Part shown: one piece after another, positions 39,413-47,067 of the stretch | Layout: each line of letters starts with the position of its first letter | Numbering within the stretch: position 1 is the stretch's first letter | Assembly: GCA_023205875.1 (NCBI GenBank) | Contig: CP060766.1 | Coordinates: 558,001 to 605,067, forward strand | DNA from: Chloropicon primus | Lineage: Eukaryota | Direction: 5' to 3' | Length of the DNA: 47,067 nt | Program-made: the position numbers and the translations under genes | Notes under the pieces: generated by a model | Database searches by the model: none | What the model was told of the DNA's origin: nothing | What the model saw: only the letters and a program-made list of their open reading frames with translations

Positions 39413-40120
39413 CTTCTTCTTCTTGTTCTTGTTCTTCTTGTTGTTCTCACTCGTGTCTTGCAACTCTGTGCTACCTCGGTGTGTTGTTGTGTTGTGTGCG
39501 TTGTGTGTGTTGTTGTGTGTTGTATGAATCGTATCAATATCAACACCTAATCCCGTATTCTATCGTTGTGTGTGTTGTGTATATATCTATGTCTCCTCCA
39601 GTGTATCGAGTCCAGGCCCCCCCGATGGTTCCTCTCCCTTCTGGTGTTATGTATCTATGTCTCCTCCAGTGCCTCGTATGTTGTCGTGTGTTGTATATGA
39701 TGTCGCCTCTGCTCTGCTCTTGTGTCTAGTGTCTTGTGTGTCTTATGCCTTGTGTCTTGTGTTATGATTGTCGCCCCGTCTCGTCTCGTCTCGTCTCGTC
39801 TCGTCTCGTCTCGTCTTGTCTTGTGGTGTTGATGCTATTGTTGCCGCCAGTTTCTCTCCTCATTTTTTTTTCTTCTTTTTTTTCGTTTTCGTTCTAAGAG
39901 GTGTGTCATGATGTGGAAGATGTACTCTGGGGGTGACGTGTCAGTTTTTCCCCGGATGAACATTTCCACGCGTTTCTCCCGCGAAAAAAAAAAGAACAAC
40001 TGGATAAGGCAACTCGGGCCTCTCCACCAGAAACACGCCGCAGCGGCGGAGGACGAGGAACAACACAAGACAAGACGCCAGAGGAGGAGGACAAGGAGAC
40101 AAGGGGAACATTACATCATC

Positions 40121-40762
40121 ATGGCGACTACCATCAGGTGCCTGACGAACGTAAACATGATGGCTTACAACATAAGAAACGAAAACAAAAACACGATTAC
40201 AAGAAACATAAACACAACACTCACGCAACGACGTCGAGCAATGGGAGGGAGGGAACACAACATAAACAGGACGAACACGAACACGAACACGAGGAGGGAG
40301 GTCACCGCCATGGCGGTGAAGAAGTGGGTCAAACCACAGGTCAACAATAACACGGGGAAGGCGGTCAGGACGGAGATGCACGTCAGGGAGGGGGACACCG
40401 TCAAGGTCATCGCTGGAAAGGATAAGGGAAAGGTGGGGGAGGTCGTCAAGGTGTACCGCAAGGGACTCAAGGCAGGACAGATCCTCGTGGACGACGTCAA
40501 CCTCGTCAAGAAGGCCATTAAACCAAAGAGCACCATGGGGGGGGAGGAGGAGAGGGGGAAGATCATCCTCACCGAGGCGCCCATCCACCACTCCAACGTC
40601 ATGCTCTTCTCCAAGACCAAGGAGGTCGTCAGCCGCGTGGGCCACAAGGTCGTCGGGGGGAAGAAGCTCAGGTACCTCGTCAAGACGGGGGAGGTCCTCC
40701 AGGAGGTCCCCAGGAAGGTCCAGCCCCAGAAGGAGGAGGACGCCGAGGCCTCCGACGAGTGA
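40121..40762 (+). CDS. RPL24: Plastid 50S ribosomal protein uL24c
   Basis: [23 protein letters not shown] (KOW motif), [14 protein letters not shown], and an N/T/R-rich transit peptide. Confidence 0.95.
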   Translation: MATTIRCLTNVNMMAYNIRNENKNTITRNINTTLTQRRRAMGGREHNINRTNTNTNTRREVTAMAVKKWVKPQVNNNTGKAVRTEMHVREGDTVKVIAGKDKGKVGEVVKVYRKGLKAGQILVDDVNLVKKAIKPKSTMGGEEERGKIILTEAPIHHSNVMLFSKTKEVVSRVGHKVVGGKKLRYLVKTGEVLQEVPRKVQPQKEEDAEASDE

Positions 40763-40959
40763 GGCGGTCGAGGGAGACGGGCCGAGGAGGCCGAGCAGTA
40801 GCAGCAGCAGCCGAGGAGGAGGAGGAGGAGGCGGAGGAACAGAGCAAAAGAAAAAAAGAATAGGGGACCAACCAACCAACCAATCATCATCGTAAAGGTT
40901 TCCTTCGTGATTGCTATTTTACTTTCGACACACAGACACAAGAGCAGACCTGGGCGCTC

Positions 40960-41310
40960 TCACAGCTCCTTGGGGAGGACGCGTTGCCTCTTGAGGCACT
41001 TTTCCATGTTCTTGGCCTCCCGAACGCAAGCCAGCTGACCCGTCTTGGCGTGGACCCCGAGGTTCCCCCTGTTCACCGCGAGGTGGTAGCACCGCTCGTA
41101 CCCCGCGACGGCGTCCTCGCAGTACCCCTTGGCCCAGCAGTGCAACACCTGGTTCCTCAAGTTCTCGCAAGCCTTGTTGCCGGTGTTGCTGCCCCCCCCC
41201 TGGTACGCCCTGGTGCAGTTGACATAAGCCGACAGGTTCTGCTGACACTTCTTCCTCCCCCTCTCCCGCTTCTCCTGGTCCACCTTGACGAACCACGGCC
41301 AACCCAACAT
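40960..41310 (-). CDS. Small protein with four CX9C motifs (double CHCH; probable mitochondrial intermembrane-space MIA40 substrate)
   Basis: C-QQNLSAYVN-C, C-ENLRNQVLH-C, C-EDAVAGYER-C and C-VREAKNMEK-C within 116 aa. Confidence 0.78.
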   Translation of the reverse strand: MLGWPWFVKVDQEKRERGRKKCQQNLSAYVNCTRAYQGGGSNTGNKACENLRNQVLHCWAKGYCEDAVAGYERCYHLAVNRGNLGVHAKTGQLACVREAKNMEKCLKRQRVLPKEL

Positions 41311-42097
41311 CCCAACTGAACACCAAAGCAAAGCAAAGCAAAGCAAAGCAAAGGAAGGTGTCGCGTCGCTCGTTCCTCTCTCGTCCTGCTCTCTCCCACC
41401 ACCAATTGGTTACCTATAATATAAATATAATAGATAGAGATAAACCCCGCCGACGACGACACCGGAGGTTGTTGTGGTGGATGATGCCAACGCCACGTCG
41501 TCAATCAATCAATCAAACAAACAAACAAACAATCCAACAAGCAAAGCAAAGCAAAGCAAAGCCGGGAGTGGATCGTTTTCCTTCTCGTTCGTTCGAGTGT
41601 GGTGGCCTTCCCCCTCCTCTTCGTCGTCGTCGTCGTCCTGGTTTGGTCCTCTCTCTGGTGTGTGCGCTGGGGTTCCCTTCACTTGTGGAGGAGGAGGAGG
41701 CGCTCGAGGCGCTCGAGTGGCGGGAGGACCGAGGACACAAGACCCTCGTCCAGGAGGGGGAAGACAAACCAAGGGCGTCATTCACCATTCCTCCACTTCA
41801 TTGAGATTGAGAGTCAGGACACAACACAACACAACACAACACAACACAAGGCTTCATTCCATTCCATTCCATTCCATTCCATTTCAGGAGGTGAGAACCA
41901 TGAACAACGAAGACGGGACCGAGGAGCTTACCCCCGTGCTGGGCTGACCCTTCCTGCTGCTCCTTCCTCTTCCAAGCATTACCTCACGACACACACAGAG
42001 AGAGAGAGGGAGAGAGACAGAGAGAGACGGAGAGAGAGACGGAACATTACTTGCTTACGGCATTGCATTGCATTGCATTGCATTGGTGGTGCTGGTG

Positions 42098-45024
42098 ATG
42101 ATGAAGGAGAAGGTGTTGTCGTGGAAGCTTGTGAGGATTGTTTTGTTTTATGTGGTGGTGGTGTCGTGTGTGTACTGGAGTTGGCACCGGGTGCCGGAAG
42201 TCGTGAGGGATGAGGACGACGGGAAGGACAGGATAGAGGGGCTCTCCGCCTCGCACGCGTTCTCAGAGGAGAGAGCCATGAGGCACGTCCACCAACTCGC
42301 GGAGGTCATAGGACAGAGGCAGGTGAGTCAGGGAGCGAGCTGGGACTTCACTACAGGTCCATCGATCGATGGATGGGTTGACTGACGGAATGGCTTTGTG
42401 CTTGGCTTCCAGGTGGGGACCTACGGGCTGGTCCGAGCGGAGGAGTACCTGCTGGAGGAAAGCTTAAAGGTGAAGAGGATGTGCAAGGAGCTGGGAACCT
42501 GCGTGGCGGAGGTGACCGAGGACACCGTGTCGGGGGCCTTCCAGTACAACAAGACGGGGGAACCCCTGTACTTGAGCTACTCCGGGCTGAAGAACATCCT
42601 GCTGACGCTGTACCCCAAGGGGAGTGACCTTTGGGGGGGTAACCATTCTGACCACAGGGCGCTCCTTCTGAACGCGCACTTCGATTCGGCGATGTCGTCC
42701 CCCGGGGCGGCGGACTGCGCCTCCTGCGTCGGGGTGGCTCTGGAGTCCGCGAGGGCCTTGGCGGCAAGCGGACCGACCGGGAAGGTGGCTTTCCTTCTCA
42801 ACGGAGGGGAGGAGATCTACATGAACGCGGTCCACGGCTTCGTCAAGGGCCACGGCAAGAGATACCACAAGGAGGGCTACAAGGACGCCTACTTTGCCTT
42901 CATCAACTTGGAGGCCACCGGGTCTTACGGGCCGGACGTCGTCTTTAGGGCCAACAGCGAGGCCTTGCTGCGCTCTTACGTCAGAAGGGCGCCCAGGCCG
43001 AGGGCCACCGTGATCGCCCAGGACATCTTTGGATCCGGAGTGGTCCCCAGCGACACCGATTACAGCGTGTTGGGCGGCGAGCAGTTCGGTAACCTGACCG
43101 GCATGGACCTCGCAACGATGTTCGACAGCAGGTCGTACCACTGCGCGAGGGACACGTACGACAGGATCAAGAGGGGCAGCCTGCAGGCCTACGGGGACAA
43201 CGTGCTGGAGATCGTCAAGGACGTGTCCGCCGGGCTGGAAGAGAATGACGAGGACAAGGTCGGGGACATGGTGTACTTTGACATCCTTGGCCTGGGCGTG
43301 GTGTCTTACTCGCCAAAGGTCACCTTCTTCCTGCACAACCTGCCCCTCGTGCTCACCGCCTTTGTCTTGGACAAGGAGCTCCTGTTCGGCAGCAGGAACA
43401 GGATCAAGTTTTTTCTTGCGGTGCTCAAAGGAATCTTGGCGTGCTGCCTCAGCTTTGCTTGCTGCCTGGTCTTCCCGGCGGCCGCGGCCCTCCTGGCCTG
43501 CGCCCCGAGCGGGGAGGCCGCCATGACCTGGTACGGCAAGCCCGGCGTCGCAGCGGTCTTGCTCTTTCCGCCTGCCCTGGCGGGCCTCCTCCTCCCCTAC
43601 CTCGTGCTCTTCATGGGCGGCGGGGAGGGTGGAAACAAAGGGAGCGGCAAGGGATTGAGGAAGCTCAGCTGGGACTCCTTCCTGTCCCACTGCTTCGGGA
43701 CGCTCCTGGTGTTCTCCGCGCTGTCGTCTTACATGACGACGAACGAGAAGGGGATCATGGGGCACTCTGGCTACATCTTCGCGTACTTCTCGTTCAGCAC
43801 GCTGGCCTGCCTCGCAAGGTGAGTTATCCGGGAGTGGTCCCCCTGGTGCATTATCTTGTCCTTTCTCTTTGTTTGACCTGACCGCCTCGATTCGTTCATC
43901 GGGTTCCTTCTCCCCCAACCAGGTCTTGGAGCAAGCAAGATGTCTCCCTGGACGGCCTGGCCCTGGCCCTGCACTTCCTGCCCCTCGCGGCCAGTGCCAA
44001 CGTCTGCATGTTCGCCTGGCTCTTCTTCTCGGACAGGCTGGGCCTGATGGGCGGCGGAGGGGAGTCTCTCCTCGCGGCGGCAAAGTCGGACGTTACGCTC
44101 GCGGTGATCACCGGGATTTGCGTCCTCGTGTGCGTGGGCCCCCTCGTCCCTTGGATCTTGGCCGCGGCGCCAAGCCGGGGATCCAGGGCCAGGGTGGTGG
44201 CCGGACTCCTGGCGTGCTCCCTCTTGGGCTGGGCCTACGCTTACAACTTCTCGGGAGAAGACGGGGGTGCCTTCTCGCGGGAGGACCCCAAGAGGGTCTT
44301 CGTGGTGAACTCGTACGAGCTGGACACGTCGCTGTGGGCCAAGATCGTTCCCTCTGGCCTGGCCCTCGGCCTGCCAGGAAAGGGGCTCAAGCTCAGGAGG
44401 GGCGCGGGGGCGGAGAGGTGGACCTTCATGGGGGCGGACGCGGCCCCCCTCAAGCCTCTGGTCCTGGACGCCCTCGGGGACGTGGAGGAGCAGGACCTGA
44501 TCGCTCCGGTCCCCCGGGAGTTCCTCCTGCCCCACTACCCCAAGCAGAAGAGGATGAAGGACGTGGCCCACGTGGTGGAGGACCTCCAGCACCACGACGC
44601 CTTGGAGAGGAGCGGGATCGAGGTCCCAAAGTTCAGGAAGACGGTGAGCGGGCTCCTCGGGGCCGGGGTCCTCAAGGGCGTGAGGTGCGAGGTCATCATT
44701 GATACCAACGTGCCAGGCTACCACACCCTGAACATCACCGGCGACCTGGACAGGTGGAGCTTCACCAAGGGGAGCCTGCTGCCCTCCCAGGTGGGCGACA
44801 CCAGGGAGCACGACTCGTACATTGTGCACCACCACGGGCACGGGGATGCGGGGAGGCACTGGAGGTGGTGGTTCCACAGGAAGCAGAGGAGCCAGCCGGC
44901 CCTGGTGACCTGGAGCTACACCAACCTCACGGAGACCGAGGCCATCGCCGGCATGGCCAGGAAGCTCCCGGAGACCGTTACGGGCATCTATCAGACCACC
45001 CTGACCCACACCTTTGAGTGCTAA
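42098..45024 (+). CDS. ERMP1: Endoplasmic reticulum metallopeptidase 1-like (peptidase M28, multi-TM), 3 exons (42098-42322, 42413-43818, 43923-45024)
   Basis: FSEERAMRHV, LLLNAHFDS..SSPGAADC, FLLNGGEE, FINLEATG, PSDTDY and YH...D. Introns GTGAGT...CTGAC...CCAG (phase 0 and phase 2) join the ORFs in frame. Confidence 0.9.
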
Positions 45025-45952
45025 AGACGGACGGACGGAAGGACGGACGGAAGAACCTCCCAGATCAGATATTATTTATTCATAGGAGTAGAACGTATAA
45101 TATTCATATATATATATATTTAACACCTAACTAAACTCGTTACCAAAGTCGTTACGAGTCTTTGCTCGTGTGCATGAAAATGTTTTTTTACCCACTTGGG
45201 GCCAAAGAAGAAAGGACACCAGTGAGGTCCTGCGCGGGAGGAGGCATTGTGGGCGGCAGAGGAAAACAAGTGTGTGTTGTGCGCGCATGGATTGGGCCTT
45301 ATTTCATTCTGTCGTCCTTCCGATGATCGGGAGAGGCCAAGCTGTGGTGGGAAGTGGCCGGCGCACCCGTACCGTTGCCGGGGGGCGAGGGAGGAGAGGT
45401 GTTCTTGGGCGATTCAGGAGTGTGGGAGAGGAGAGAAGGCAAGTAGATGTGATTGTGGGTAGTTGTTCGTGGCTTGGATCATCTGTGTTTGGTTCATGGT
45501 GACTTGATTGTGTAATGTAGGTGTGTATTATGTGATTCTGTTGCTATTATTGTCCATTTTTGGGCCTATTTTTTGGTACGAATAATGGAGTGACGGATCC
45601 AGTTCGTGTCCGATGGCTGTGAAACTTTGTCAGAAGGGGCTTGTATTTTATATTTGGAATTCGTTGAATATGGTGTTTGTTCCCGTCGTCCTTGATAGCT
45701 GTAGAGATCCATCTGTCGGACCACTAAAACCCAAACCACAGCCCTCCATGGATGATGATGATGTTGTGTGAATGGAGTCCGTGATGAAGAGCCCTGTTCC
45801 GGGTGGAGTGCAATAGAGGGCACCAGAGAATAAAGAGGTCCAATCGTAAACCTTACCCTGATCCACTCTTCTGCTGGAATCCGTCGTCTTATGCGACCTG
45901 ATTTAGGGCCGACTAAAACCCAGATCACACTTAAGACTTATACCAGAAAGAA

Positions 45953-46263
45953 AAAGTGCGGTGGCTGGAGGCACCACGGAAAGCTTGTATGATGCGGCGG
46001 TGTCTTTCACTTAGGCTTCTTTTGTTCTCCGGCTCCTTTCCTTGGCCAGGACTTCCTTCCTTCCTTCCTCGGGCAAACCCTACTCAAGGCACTTAGGACC
46101 CACGAGAGGGCCTTTTAGGCGTTAGGTTTTAGGACTCCCAAGGCTTTAGGAAACGCGGTGCTTTGGAGGCACCACGGCAAGCTTGGATGATGCGACGGTG
46201 TCGTTCTCTTAGGCTTCTTTTGTTCTCCGACTCCTTTCCTTGGCCAGGTCGTCCTTCCTTAGG
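45953..46263. repeat. Subtelomeric direct repeat, ~100-110 bp x 2, with interspersed degenerate telomeric motifs
   Basis: TGGAGGCACCACGGMAAGCTTGKATGATGCG...CCTTTCCTTGGCCAGG occurs at about 45966 and 46164. TTAGG-type motifs lie between and after the copies. Confidence 0.88.
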
Positions 46264-47067
46264 TTTGTAGGTTTGTAGGTTGTTAGGTTGTTAGGTTTTT
46301 AGGTTTAGGTTTTTAGGTTTTAGGTTTTAGGTTTAGGTTTTAGGTTTTAGGTTTTAGGCCCAGGCCTTAGGCCCAGGCCTTTAGGCCTTAGGCCTTAGGC
46401 CCAGGCCCAGGCCTTTAGGCCCAGGCCTTAGGCCTTAGGCCCAGGACTTTTAGGTTTTAGGTTTTAGGTTTTAGGTTTTAGGTTTTAGGTTTTAGGTTTT
46501 AGGTTTTAGGTTTTAGGTTTTAGGTTTTAGGTTTTAGGTTTTAGGTTTTAGGTTTTAGGTTTTAGGTTTTAGGTTTTAGGTTTTAGGTTTTAGGTTTTAG
46601 GTTTTAGGTTTTAGGTTTTAGGTTTTAGGTTTTAGGTTTTAGGTTTTAGGTTTTAGGTTTTTAGGTTTTAGGTTTTTAGGTTTTAGGTTTTTAGGTTTTA
46701 GGTTTTTAGGTTTTTAGGTTTTAGGTTTTGGGTTTTAGGTTTTAGGTTTTGGGTTTTAGGTTTTAGGTTTTAGGTTTTAGGTTTTGGGTTTTAGGTTTTA
46801 GGTTTTAGGTTTTAGGTTTTAGGTTTTAGGTTTTAGGTTTTTAGGTTTTAGGTTTTGGGTTTTAGGTTTTGGGTTTTAGGTTTTAGGTTTTAGGTTTTAG
46901 GTTTTAGGTTTTGGGTTTTAGGTTTAGGTTTTAGGTTTTAGGTTTTAGGTTTTAGGTTTTAGGTTTTAGGTTTAGGTTTTGGGTTTTAGGTTTTAGGTTT
47001 TTAGGTTTTAGGTTTTAGGTTTTAGGTTTTAGGTTTAGGTTTTAAGGTTTAGGGTTTAGGTTTTAGG
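46259..47067 (+). repeat. Telomere, (TTTTAGG)n with proximal and distal variant repeats
   Basis: About 0.8 kb array with the G-rich strand running 5'->3' to the window end; pure TTTTAGG at about 46448-46655. Confidence 0.98.

Noticed and set aside
39480..39830. TG-rich low-complexity tract with Cys/Val-rich ORFs
   Set aside because: It is simple-sequence DNA (GTT/GT/TCTCG repeats) in the TAT/RPL24 divergent spacer, not a metallothionein-like gene.
41358..42050. Short + strand ORFs between the CX9C gene and ERMP1
   Set aside because: They are dominated by pentanucleotide microsatellites (CAAAG, ACACA, CATTC) with no coherent protein; likely promoter or UTR.
45170..45928. Subtelomeric ORFs of 71-120 aa as possible retroelement remnants
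   Set aside because: No RT, endonuclease, integrase or transposase motifs are recognisable, and the codon bias differs from real genes.

Overview
This window is the right-hand end of a chromosome from a very compact, GC-rich, intron-poor eukaryote. Plastid-targeted DXS and uL24c genes, short GT-AG introns with CTGAC/CTCAC branch points and a (TTTTAGG)n telomere point to a small green alga; Chloropicon-like is an inference. About 24 tightly packed protein genes can be supported: DXS, TIPIN/Swi3, USP39/Sad1, an HhH/Amun-like protein, VPS35L, three secreted Pro-rich wall-type proteins around an unknown His-motif membrane protein, mL46, proteasome alpha-7, a CRAL-TRIO/BCH protein, a voltage-sensor-type 6TM + class I phosphodiesterase fusion, UBA3, an acyl-protein thioesterase, an AT-hook/GLTSCR1 protein, SNAPC4-like Myb, a TenA-like protein, a 2OG-Fe(II) dioxygenase, a Tyr-aminotransferase-like enzyme, plastid L24, a 4xCX9C protein, ERMP1 and two coiled-coil unknowns. 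These are followed by a ~1.2 kb subtelomere and ~0.8 kb of telomere. The most notable items are the S4-bearing channel-like/PDE fusion (a candidate voltage-regulated phosphodiesterase), the TenA-like + dioxygenase + aminotransferase trio, the Pro-rich wall-protein cluster, two paralogous 5'-UTR introns sharing a structured core, and several non-coding repeats in promoters. All family assignments come from motif recognition by eye; no database searches were run.
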